Source: the human T2T-CHM13v2.0 reference genome, Homo sapiens
Reading direction: 5' to 3' (one strand)
Assembly (NCBI RefSeq): GCF_009914755.1
Contig: NC_060948.1
DNA length: 64,000 nucleotides
The position numbers were made by a program, and so were the translations under genes. Shown in pieces: positions 42,717 through 56,431 of this stretch. Numbering within the stretch: the first letter of the stretch is position 1; the number at the start of each line of letters is the position of its first letter. The notes under the pieces are model-generated. The model did no database searches. It was given only the letters and a program-made list of their open reading frames with translations, and was not told the origin of the DNA.

Positions 42717-45700
42717 GTAGTCCAATGGAATAGAATCTAATGCAATAAAATCGACTCAGATAGAGTAGAATGTAATGGAATGGAGTGCAGTGCAATGGAA
42801 TGGAATGGAATGGAATGCAATGGAATGGAATGGAATGGAATGGAATGGAATGGGATGGAATGGTATGGAATGGATAGTAATGGACTGGAGTGAAATGGAC
42901 TGGAAAGGAATGGACTCAAATTGAAAGGGCTCGAAAGGAATGGAGTCAAATGGAATGGTCTGGAATGGAATGAACACGAATGTAATGCAATCCAATAGAA
43001 TGGAATCGAATGGCATGGAATATAAAGAAATGGAATCGAAGAGAATGGAAACAAATGGAATGAAATTGAATGGAATGGAATTGAATGGAATGTGAACGAA
43101 TGGAGTGAAATTGTATGCAGTAGAAGAGAATAGAATGGAATGCAAGCGAAAGGAAAGGAATGGATTGGAATGGAATGGAATTCATTGGAATGGAAGGGAA
43201 TGTAGTGTAATGGACAGGCCTGGAATAAAGTGGAATGCTACGGTCTCGAATGGAATAAAAATGTATGGAATGGAATGCAATGAAACGGAATCGAATGTCA
43301 TAGAATGTAATGGAATGCAAAAAAATGGAATCCAAAATCATTGAATGGAAAGGCTGGGTGTCGAAAGGAATTGACTCCAATGGAATGGAATCGAATGGAA
43401 TGGAAGTGAATAGAATCGAACTAAATCGAATGGAATGGAATTGATAGGAACGGAATGGAAAGGATTGCAATGATTTGGCATGGAATGGAATCGAATGGCA
43501 TCGAATGGAATGGAATGGAATGCAATGGAATGGAATGTATTAGAATGTAGTGAACTTTAATGGAATGTACTCGAATGGATTAGACTGGAATGGAATGTTC
43601 TGGAAGTGAATGGACTCCAATGGAATGGATTCAAAAGGAATGGAATCGTACGGAATGGAATCTAATGGAATGGAATTAAATGGAAATGAATCAAATTGAA
43701 TAGCACGGAATTGAATTGAATGGAATGGAATGCAATGGAATCTAATGAAACGGAAAGGAAAGGAATGGAATGGAATGGAATGGGCTGGAATGGAAAGGAA
43801 TCGAAACGAATGGAATGGAATCGAACTGAAGAGACTGGAATGGAATGCACTGGAATGGAAGGGAGTGTAATGGAAGGTTCTCGAAAAAGATGGAATCGAA
43901 TGGAATGCAATTGAATGGAACGGAATAGAGTCGAATGGAATTGAATGGAATGGAATGGACTAGAGTGAAATGGAATCGAACCACAAGGAATGGACAGGAA
44001 TAGAATGGTCTCGAATTGAATGGAATCGTATGGAATGGCATCAAACGGAATGGAATGGACAGCCACGGAATGGAATGCACTCGAATGCAATGGAGTCGAA
44101 ACTAATGGACTGGAATAGAATGGACTCGACTGGTACGGACTCCAATGGAATGGAATCGAATGGAAGGGAATCGAACGGAATGGACTCGAAGGGAAAAGAC
44201 TGCAATGGAAAGGTCTCGAATGGAATGGAAATTAATGGAATGGAATGGAATCGAATGAAATGGAGTCAAAAGGAATGGAATCGAATGGCAAGAAATCGAA
44301 TGTAATGGAATCGCAAGGAATTGATGTCAACGGAACGGAATGGAATGGAATCCAAAGGAATGGAATAGAATGGAATGGAATCGAATGGAAAGGACTCGAA
44401 TGGAAATCACTCCAATAGAATGCAATTTAATAAAATAGGATCAAATGTAATAGAATGGAATGGAAAGGAATCGAAACGGAAGGAATGGAGACAGATGGAA
44501 TGGAATGGAACAGAGAGCAATGGTATAGAATGGAATGGAATCATCTGGAATGGAATTGAATGGAATGGAATAATATGAAATGGAATGGAATGGAATGGAA
44601 TGGAATGGAATGCCCTTGAATTAAATGGACTGGACTCGAACAGAGTGGAATGGAAAGTGTTGAGATAGAATGGAATGGACTCCTTTGGAATGGTGTAGTA
44701 TGCAATGCAATCGACTGGCAGGGAATCAAAAGGAATGTAATCGAATGGATTGGACTGGAATGCAATGGACTCGAATAGATTGGAAACGGAATGCAAAGGA
44801 ATGGAATGGAATAGTATGGAATGCAATGGGAGGGAATGGAGTGGAATAGACTAGAGTGGAATGGAATGGACTGGAAAGCAATGGACTGGAATGGAACTTT
44901 CTTGGATGGACTGGAATCAAACGGAATGGAATGCAATGCAATCAAATGGCATGGAATAAAATAGAATGAAAGAGAATCAAATGGAATTGAATCGAATGGA
45001 ATCGAATGGATTGGAAAGGAATAGAATGGAATGGAATGGAATTGACTCAAATGGAATGGACTAGAATGGAATGGATTCGAATGGAAGGCAAAGGAATGGA
45101 ATCTATTGGAATGGACTGTAATGGAATGGAATGGAAGGGATTGGAATGGACTCGAATGGAATGGACTGCAATAGAAAGGATTCGAATGGAATGAAAAAGA
45201 ATTGAATGGAATAGAACAGAATGGAATCAAATCGAATGAAATGGAATGGAATAGAAAGGAATGGAATGAAATGGAATGGAAAGGATTCGAATGGAATGCA
45301 ATCGAATGGAATGGAATCGAACGGAATGGAATAAAATGGAAGAAAACTGGCAAGAAATGGAATCGAAATGAATGGAGTGTTATGGAACGGACTCAAAAGG
45401 AATTGAATGTAATAGAATGGAGTGGAGTGGACTTGAATATAATAGACTGGAATGGAATGAAATCACATGGAATGGGAACGAATGGAATGGAATGGAAAGG
45501 AATGGAATCGAATGGAAAGGAATCGAATGGAAGGGAATGAAATTGAATCAACAGGAATGGAAGGGAATAGAATAGACGGTAATGGAATGGACTCGAATAG
45601 AATGGACACGAAAGCTCAAATTGAATGGACTCGAATGGAATGGAAACGAAAGGAATGTCATCGAATGGAATTGAATCGATTGGAATGAAATCGCATAGAA

Positions 45701-46250
45701 TGGAGTGGAATCAAATGGAATTGAATCGAAAGGAAAGGAAGCGAATGGACTGAAATGAAATGGAATGGAATTGAATGGAAAGTAATGCAATGGAATAGAA
45801 TGGAACGAAATTTCACGGAATGGAATCAAACTGAATGGAATCAAATCAATGGAATCAAATCAAATGGAATGGAATGGAATTGAATGGAGTAGATTGGATT
45901 GGATGGGATTGGAATGAAATGTACTGGAAAGGACTCGAATTTCATGAAACGGAATGGAATGAATTGGAACGGAATGGACTCGAATGGAATGGAATGTCAC
46001 GGAATGGCATCAAATGGAATGGAATCGAATGCAATGGAATGCTATGGAATGGAATGGAATGCATTGGAATGGAATGTCCTCTAATGGAATGGATTCGAGT
46101 GGAATGGAATTGAATATAATGGAGTCGAATGAAATGGAATTGAAAGGAATGGGATCGAATACAATGGAATATACTGGAATGTAACGTAATGAACTCGAAT
46201 GTAATTGACTGGAATGGAATGTACATGAATGGAATGTAATCGAATGGAAA
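42717..46250 (+). repeat. DYZ1 unit 13 (distal subfamily, 3534 bp)
   Basis: Single GGAAGGGAATCGAAC at ~44162; only one GGCATCAAAT at ~46006 (15-bp loss). Confidence 0.9.
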
Positions 46251-49200
46251 GTAATCCAATGGAATAGAATCTAATGCAATAAAATCGACTCAGATAGAGT
46301 AGAATGTAATGGAATGGAGTGCAGTGCAATGGAATGGAATGGAATGGAATGCAATGGAATGGAATGGAATGGAATGGAATGGGATGGAATGGTATGGAAT
46401 GGATAGTAATGGACTGGAGTGAAATGGACTGGAAAGGAATGGACTCAAATGGAAAGGGCTCGAAAGGAATGGAGACAAATGGAATGGTCTGGAATGGAAT
46501 GAACACGAATGTAATGCAATCCAATAGAATGGAGTCGAATGGCATGGAATATAAAGAAATGGAATCGAAGAGAATGGAAACAAATGGAATGGAATTGAAT
46601 GGAATGGAATTGAATGGAATGGGAACGAATGGAGTGAAATTGTATGCAGTAGAAGAGAATAGAATGGAATGCAAGCGAAAGGAAAGGAATGGATTGGAAT
46701 GGAATGGAATTCATTGGAATGGAAGGGAATGTAGTGTAATGGACAGGCCTGGAATAAAGTGGAATGCTACGGTCTCGAATGGAATAAAAATGTATGGAAT
46801 GGAATGCAATGAAACGGAATCGAATGTCATAGAATGTAATGGAATGCAAAAAAATGGAATCCAAAATCATTGACTGGAAAGGCTGGGTGTCGAAAGGAAT
46901 TGACTCCAATGGAATGGAATCGAATGGAATGGAAGTGAATAGAATCGAACTAAATCGAATGGAATGGAATTTATAGGAACGGAATGGAAAGGAATGCAAT
47001 GATTTGGCATGGAATGGAATCGAATGGCATCGAATGGAATGGAATGCAATTCAATGGAATGGAATGTATTAGAATATAATGAACTTTAATGGAATGTACT
47101 CGAATGGATTCGACTGGAATGGAATGTTCTGGAAGTGAATGGACTCCAATGGAATGGATTCAAAAGGAATGGAATCGTACGGAATGGAATCTAATGGAAT
47201 GGAATTAAATGGAAATGAATCAAATTGAATAGCACGGAATTGAATTGAATGGAATGGAATGCAATGGAATCTAATGAAACGGAAAGGAAAGGAATGGAAT
47301 GGAATGGAATGGGCTGGAATGGAAAGGAATCGAAACGAATGGAATGGAATCGAACTGAAGAGACTGGAATGGAATGCACTGGAATGGAAGGGAGTGTAAT
47401 GGAAGGTTCTCGAAAAAAATGGAATCGAATGGAATGGAATTGAATGGAACGGAATAGAGTCGAATGGAATTGAATGGAATGGAATGGACTAGAGTGAAAT
47501 GGAATCGAACCACAAGGAATGGACAGGAATAGAATGGTCTCGAATTGAATGGAATCGTATGGAATGGCATCAAACGGAATGGAATGGACAGCCACGGAAT
47601 GGAATGCACTCGAATGCAATGGAGTCGAAACTAATGGACTGGAATAGAATGGACTCGACTGGTACGGACTCCAATGGAATGGAATCGAATGGAAGGGAAT
47701 CGAACGGAATGGACTCGAAGGGAAAAGACTGCAATGGAAAGGTCTCGAATGGAATGGAAATTAATGGAATGGAATGGAATCGAATGAAATGGAGTCAAAA
47801 GGAATGGAATCGAATGGCAAGAAATCGAATGTAATGGAATCGCAAGGAATTGATGTGAACGGAACGGAATGGAATGGAATCCAAAGGAATGGAATAGAAT
47901 GGAATGGAATCGAATGGAAAGGACTCGAATGGAAATCACTCGAATAGAATGCAATTTAATAAAATAGGATCAAATGTAATGGAATGGAATGGAAAGGAAT
48001 CGAAACGAAAGGAATGGAGACAGATGGAATGGAATGGAACAGAGAGCAATGGTATAGAATGGAATGGAATCATCTGGAATGGAATTGAATGGAATGGAAT
48101 AATATGAAATGGAATGGAATGGAATGGAATGGAATGCCCTTGAATTAAATGGACTGGACTCGAACAGAGTGGAATGGAAAGTGTTGAGATAGAATGGAAT
48201 GGACTCCTTTGGAATGGTCTAGTATGCAATGCAATCGACTGGCAGGGAATCAAAAGGAATGTAATGGAATGGATTGGACTGGAATGCAATGGACTCGAAT
48301 AGATTGGAGACGGAATGCAAAGGAATGGAATGGAATAGTATGGAATGGAAAGAAATGGAATGGAATGGATTCGAATGGAATGCAATCGAATGGAATGGAA
48401 TCTAACGGAATGGAATAAAATGGAAGAAAACTGGCAAGAAATGGAATCGAAATGAGTGGAGTGTTATGGAAGGGACTCAAAAGGAATTGAATGTAATAGA
48501 ATGGAGTGGAGTGGACTCGAATATAATGGACTGGAAAGGAATGAAATCACATGGAATGGGAACGAATGGAATGGAATGGAAAGGAATGGAATCGAATGGA
48601 AAGGAATCGAATGGAAGGGAATGAAATTGAATCAACAGGAATGGAAGGGAATAGAATAGACGGTAATGGAATGGACTCGAATAGAATGGACACGAATGCT
48701 CAAATTAAATGGACTCGAATGGAATGGAAACGAAAGGAATGTCATCGAAAGGAATTGAATGGATTGGAGTGAAATCGCATAGAATGGAGTGGAATCAAAT
48801 GGAATTGAATCGAAAGGAAAGGAAGCGAATGGACTGAAATGAAATGGAATGGAATTGAATGGAAACTAATGCAATGGAATAGAATGGAACGAAATTTCAC
48901 GGAATGGAATCAAACTGAATGGAATCAAATCAATGGAATCAAATCAAATGGAATGGAAAGGAATTGAATGGAGTAGATGGGATTGGATGGGATTGGAATG
49001 AAATGTACTGGAAAGGACTCGAATTTCATGAAACGGAATGGAATGAATTGGAACGGAATGGACTCGAATGGAATGGAATGTCATGGAATGGCATCAAATG
49101 GAATGGCATCAAATGGAATGGAATCGAATGCAATGGAATGCTATGGAATGGAATGGAATGCATTGGAATGGAATGTCCTCTAATGGAATGGATTCGAGTG

Positions 49201-49349
49201 GAATGGAATCGAATATAATGGAGTCGAATGAAATGGAATTGAAAGGAATGGGATCGAATACAATGGAATATACTGGAATGTAACGTAATGAACTCGAATG
49301 TAATTGACTGGAATGGAATGTACATGAATGGAATGTATTCGAATGGAAA
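46251..49349 (+). repeat. DYZ1 unit 14 (distal subfamily, truncated, 3099 bp)
   Basis: 440 bp internal deletion at ~48345. Confidence 0.9.
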
Positions 49350-52300
49350 GTAATCCAATGGAATAGAATCTAATGCAATAAAATCGACTCATATAGAGTA
49401 GAATGTAATGGAATGGAGTGCAGTGCAATGGAATGGAATGGAATGGAATGCAATGGAATGGAATGGAATGGAATGGAATGGAATGGAATGGAATGGAATG
49501 GGATGGAATTGTATGGAATGGATAGTAATGGACTGGAGTGAAATGGACTGGAAAGGAATGGACTCAAATTGAAAGGGCTTGAAAGGAATGGAGTCAAATG
49601 GAATGGTCTGGAATGGAATGAACACGAATGTAATGCAACCCAATAGAATGGAATCGAATGGCATGGAATATAAAGAAATGGAATCGAAGAGAATGGAAAC
49701 AAATGGAATGGAATTGAATGGAATGGAATTGAATGGAATGGGAACGAATGGTGTGAAATTGTATGCAGTAGAAGAGAATAGAATGGAATGCAAGCGAAAG
49801 GAAAGGAATGGATTGGAATGGAATGGAATTCATTGGAATGGAAGGGAATGTAGTGTAATGGACAGGCCTGGAATAAAGTGGAATGATACGGTCTCGAATG
49901 GAATAAAAATGTATGGAATGGAATGCAATGAAACGGAATCGAATGTCATAGAATGTAATGGAATGCAAAAAAATGGAATCCAAAATCATTGACAGGAAAG
50001 GATGGGTGTCGAAAGGAATTGACTCCAATGGAATGGAATCGAATGGAATGGAAGTGAATAGAATCGAACTAAATCGAATGGAATGGAATTGATAGGAACG
50101 GAATGGAAAGGAATGCAATGATTTGGCATGGAATGGAATCGAATGGCATCGAATGGAATGGAATGGAATGCAATGGAATGGAATGTATTAGAATGTAATG
50201 AACTTTAATGGAATGTACTCGAATGGATTCGACTGGAATGGAATGTTCTGGAAGTAAATGGACTCCAATGGAATGGATTCAAAAGGAATGGAATAGTACG
50301 GAATGGAATCTAATGGAATGGAATTAAATGGAAATGAATCAAATTGAATAGCACGGAATTGAATTGAATGGAATGGAATGCAATGGAATCTAATGAAACG
50401 GAAAGGAAAGGAATGGAATGGAATGGAATGGGCTGGAATGGAAAGGAATCGAAACGAATGGAATGGAATCGAACTGAAGAGACTGGAATGGAATGCACTG
50501 GAATGGAAGGGGGTGTAATGGAAGGTTCTCGAAAAAAATGGAATCGAATGGAATGCAATTGAATGGAACGGAATAGAGTCGAATGCAATTGAATGGAATG
50601 GAATGGACTAGAGTGAAATGGAATCGAACCACAAGGAATGGACAGGAATAGAATGGTCTCGAATTGAATGGAATCGTATGGAATGGCATCAAACGGAATG
50701 GAATGGACAGCCACGGAATGGAATGCACTCGAATGCAATGGAGTCGAAACTAATGGACTGGAATAGAATGGACTCGACTGGTACGGACTCCAATGGAATG
50801 GAATCGAATGGAAGGGAATCGAACGGAATGGACTCGAAGGGAAAAGACTGCAAATGGAAAGGTCTCGAATGGAATGGAAATTAATGGAATGGAATGGAAT
50901 CGAATGAAATGGAGGCAAAAGGAATGGAATCGAATGGCAAGAAATCGAATGTAATGGAATCGCAAGAATTGATGTGAATGGAACGGAATGGAATGGAATC
51001 CAAAGGAATGGAATAGAATGGAATGGAATCGAATGCAAAGGACTCGAATGGAAATCACTCGAATAGAATGCAATTTAATAAAATAGGATCAAATGTAATG
51101 GAATGGAATGGAAAGGAATCGAAACGAAAGGAATGGAGACAGATGGAATGGAATGGAACAGAGAGCAATGGTATAGAATGGAATGGAATCATCTAGAATG
51201 TAATTGAATGGAATGGAATAATATGAAATGGAATGGAATGGAATGGAATGCCCTTGAATTAAATGGACTGGAATGGAATGGACTCGAACAGAGTGGAATG
51301 GAAAGTGTTGAGATAGAATGGAATGGACTCCTTTGGAATGGTGTAGTATGCAATGCAATCGACTGGCAGGGAATCAAAAGGAATGTAATCGAATGGATTG
51401 GACTGGAATGCAATGGACTCGAATAGATTGGAAACGGAATGCAAAGGAATGGAATGGAATAGTATGGAATGGAATGGAAAGGAATGGAGTGGAATAGACT
51501 AGAGTGGAATGGAATGGACTCGAAAGCAATGGACTGGAATGGAACTTTCTTGAATGGACTGGAACCAAACGGAATGGAATGCAATGCAATCAAATGGCAT
51601 GGAATAAGATAGAATTAAAGAGAATCAAATGGAATTGAATCGAATGGAATCGAATGGATTGGAAAGGAATAGAATGGAATGGAATGGAATTGACTCAAAT
51701 GGAATGGACTAGAATGGAATGGATTCGAATGGAAGGCAAAGGAATGGAATCTATTGGAATGGACTGTAATGGAATGGAATGGAAGGGATTGGAATGGACT
51801 CGAATGGAATGGACTGCAATAGAAAGGATTCGAATGGAATGAAAAAGAATTGAATGGAATAGAACAGAATGGAATCAAATCGAATGAAATGGAATGGAAT
51901 AGAAAGGAATGGAATGAAATGGAATGGAAAGGATTCGAATGGAATGCAATCGAATGGAATGGAATCGAACGGAATGGAATAAAATGGAAGAAAACTGGCA
52001 AGAAATGGAATCGAAATGAATGGAGTGTTATGGAATGGACTCAAAAGGAATTGAATGTAATAGAATGGAGTGGAGTGGACTCGAATATAATGGACTGGAA
52101 TGGAATGAAATCACATGGAAAGGGAACAAATGGAATGGAATGGAAAGGAATGGATTTGAAAGGAAAGGAATCGAACGGAAGGGAATGAAATTGAATCAAC
52201 AGGAATGGAAGGGAATAGAATAGACGGTAATGGAATGGACTCGAATAGAATGGACACGAATGCTCAAATTGAATGGACTCGAATGAAATGGATACGAAAG

Positions 52301-52913
52301 GAATGTCATCGAATGGAATTGAATCGATTGGAATGAAATCGCATAGAATGGAGTGGAATCAAATGGAATTGAATCGAAAGGAAAGGAAGCGAATGGACTG
52401 AAATGAAATGGAATGGAATTGAATGGAAAGTAATGCAATGGAATAGAATGGAACGAAATTTCACGGTATGGAATCAAACTGAATGGAATCAAATCAATGG
52501 AATCAAATCAAATGGAATGGAAAGGAATTGAATGGAGTAGATGGGATTGGATGGGATTGGAATGAAATGTACTGGAAAGGACTCGAATTTCATGAAACGG
52601 AATGGAATGAATTGGAACGGAATGGACACGAATGGAATGGAATGTCGTGGAATGGCATCAAATGGAATGGCATCAAATGGAATGGAATCGAATGCAATGG
52701 AATGCTATGGAATGGAATGGAATGCATTGGAATGGAATGTCCTCTAATGGAATGGATTCGAGTGGAATGGAATCGAATATAATGGAATCGAATTAAATGG
52801 AATTGAAAGGAATGGGACCGAATACAATGGAATATACTGGAATGTAATGTAATGAACTCGAATGTAATTGACTGGAATGGAATGTACATGAATGGAATGT
52901 AATCGAATGGAAA
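49350..52913 (+). repeat. DYZ1 unit 15 (distal subfamily, 3564 bp)
   Basis: Anchors at 49350 and 52914; many private substitutions; +1/-1 indel pair at ~50852 and ~50966. Confidence 0.9.
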
Positions 52914-55900
52914 GTAATCCAATGGAATAGAATCTAATGCAATAAAATCGACTCAAATAGAGTAGAATGTAATGGAATGGAGTGCAGTGCAATGGAATGG
53001 AATGGAATGGAATGCAATGGAATGGAATGGAATGGAATGGAATGGGATGGAATGGGATGGAATGGATAGTAATGGACTGGAGTGAAATGGACTGGAAAGG
53101 AATGGACTCAAATGGAAAGGGCTCGAAGGGAATGGAGACAAATGGAATGGTCTGGAATGGAATGAACACGAATTTAATGCAATCCAATAGAATGGAGTCG
53201 AATGGCATGGAATATAAAGAAATGGAATCGAAGAGAATGGAAACAAATGGAATGGAATTGAATGGAATGGAATTGAATGGAATGGGAACGAATGGAGTGA
53301 AATTGTATGCAGTAGAAGAGAATAGAATGGAATGCAAGCGAAAGGAAAGGAATGGATTGGAATGGAATGGAATTCATTGGAATGGAAGGGAATGTAGTGT
53401 AATGGACAGGCCTGGAATAAAGTGGAATGCTACGGTCTCGAATGGAATAAAAATGTATGGAATGGAATGCAATGAAACGGAATCGAATGTCATAGAATGT
53501 AATGGAATGCAAAAAAATGGAATCCAAAATCATTGACTGGAAAGGCTGGGTGTCGAAAGGAATTGACTCCAATGGAATGGAATCGAATGGAATGGAAGTG
53601 AATAGAATCGAACTAAATCGAATGGAATGGAATTGATAGGAACGGAATGGAAAGGAATGCAATGATTTGGCATGGAATGGAATCGAATGGCATCGAATGG
53701 AATGGAATGGAAAAAAATGGAATGGAATGTATTAGAATGTAATGAACTTTAATGGAATGTACTCGAATGGATTCGACTGGAATGGAATGTTCTGGAAGTG
53801 AATGGACTCCAATGGAATGGATTCAAAAGGAATGGAATCGTACGGAATGGAATCTAATGGAATGGAATTAAATGGAAATGAATCAAATTGAATAGCACGG
53901 AATTGAATTGAATGGAATGGAATGCAATGGAATCTAATGAAACGGAAAGGAAAGGAATGCAATGGAATGGAATGGGATGGAATGCAAAGGAATCGAAACG
54001 AATGGAATGGAATCGAACTGAAGAGACTGGAATGGAATGCACTGGAATGGAAGGGAGTTTAATGGAAGGTTCTCGAAAAAAATGGAATCGAATGGAATGG
54101 AATTGAATGGAACGGAATAGAGTCGAATGGAAATGAATGGAATGGAATGGACTAGAGTGAAATGGAATCGAACCACAAGGAATGGACAGGAATAGAATGG
54201 TCTCGAATTGAATGGAATCGTATGGAATGGCATCAAACGGAATGGAATGGACAGCCACGGAATGGAATGCACTCGAATGCAACGGAGTCGAAACTAATGG
54301 ACTGGAATAGAATGGACTCGACTGGTACGGACTCCAATGGAATGGAATCGAATGGAAGGGAATCGAACGGAATGGACTCGAAGGGAAAAGACTGCAATGG
54401 AAAGGTCTCGAATGGAATGGAAATTAATGGAATGGAATGGAATCGAATGAAATGGAGTCAAAAGGAATGGAATCGAATGGCAAGAAATCGAATGTAATGG
54501 AATCGCAAGGAATTGATGTGAACGGAACGGAATGGAATGGAATCCAAAGGAATGGAATAGAATGGAATGGAATCGAATGGAAAGGACTCGAATGGAAATC
54601 ACTCGAATAGAATGCAATTTAATAAAATAGGGTAAATGTAATGGAAAGGAATCGAAACGAAAGGAATGGAGACAGATGGAATGGAATGGGACAGAGAGCA
54701 ATGGTATAGAATGGAATGGAATCATCTGGAATGGAATTGAATGGAATGGAATAATATGAAATGGAATGGAATGGAATGGAATGGAATGGAATGGAATGCC
54801 CTTGAATTAAATGGACTGGATTCGAACAGAGTGGAATGGAAAGTGTTGAGATAGAATGGAATGGACTCCTTTGGAATGGTCTAGTATGCAATGCAATCGA
54901 CTGGCAGGGAATCAAAAGGAATGTAATGGAATGGATTGGACTGGAATGCAATGGACTCGAATAGATTGGAAACGGAATGCAAAGGAATGGAATGGAATAG
55001 TATGGAATGGAATGGAAGGGAATGGAGTGGAATAGACTAGAGTGGAATGGAATGGACTGGAAAGCAATGGACTGGAATGGAACTTTCTTGGATGGACTGG
55101 AATCAAACGGAATGGAATGCAATGCAATCAAATGGCATGGAATAAAATAGAATGAAAGAGAATCAAATGGAATTGAATCGAATGGAATCGAATGGATTGG
55201 AAAGGAATAGAATGGAATGGAATGGAATTGACTCAAATGGAATGGACTAGAATGGAATGGATTCGAATGGAAGGCAAAGGAATGGAATCTATTGGAATGG
55301 ACTGTAATGGAATGGAATGGAAGGGATTGGAATGGACTCGAATGGAATGGACTGCAATAGAAAGGATTCGAATGGAATGAAAAAGAATTGAATGGAATAG
55401 AACAGAATGGAATCAAATCGAATGAAATGGAATGGAATAGAAAGGAATGGAATGAAATGGAATGGAAAGGATTCGAATGGAATGCAATCGAATGGAATGG
55501 AATCGAACGGAATGGAATAAAATGGAAGAAAACTGGCAAGAAATGGAATCGAAATGAATGGAGTGTTATGGAACGGACTCAAAAGGAATTGAATGTAATA
55601 GAATGGAGTGGAGTGGACTCGAATATAATGGACTGGAATGGAATGAAATCACATGGAATGGGAACGAATGGAATCGAATGGAAAGGAATCGAATGGAAGG
55701 GAATGAAATTGAATCAACAGGAATGGAAGGGAATAGAATAGACGGTAATGGAATGGACTCGAATAGAATGGACACGAATGCTCAAATTGAATGGACTCGA
55801 ATGGAATGGAAACGAAAGGAATGTCATCGAATGGAATTGAATCGATTGGAATGAAATCGCATAGAATGGAGTGGAATCAAATGGAATTGAATCGAAAGGA

Positions 55901-56431
55901 AAGGAAGCGAATGGACTGAAATGAAATGGAATGGAATTGAATGGAAAGTAATGCAATGGAATAGAATGGAACGAAATTTCACGGAATGGAATCAAACTGA
56001 ATGGAATCAAATCAATGGAATCAAATCAAATGGAATGGAAAGGAATTGAATGGAGTAGATGGGATTGGATGGGATTGGAATGAAATGTACTGGAAAGGAC
56101 TCGAATTTCATGAAACGGAATGGAATGAATTGGAACGGAATGGACTCGAATGGAATGGAATGTCATGGAATGGCATCAAATGGAATGGCATCAAATGGAA
56201 TGGAATCGAATGCAATGGAATGCTATGGAATGGAATGGAATGCATTGGAATGGAATGTCCTCTAATGGAATGGATTCGAGTGGAATGGAATTGAATATAA
56301 TGGAGTCGAATGAAATGGAATTGAAAGGAATGGGATCGAATACAATGGAATATACTGGAATGTAATGTAATGAACTCGAATGTAATTGACTGGAATGGAA
56401 TGTACATGAATGGAATGTAATCGAATGGAAA
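52914..56431 (+). repeat. DYZ1 unit 16 (distal subfamily, 3518 bp)
   Basis: Anchors at 52914 and 56432; deletions at ~54633-54645 (11 bp) and ~55670 (20 bp). Confidence 0.9.
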
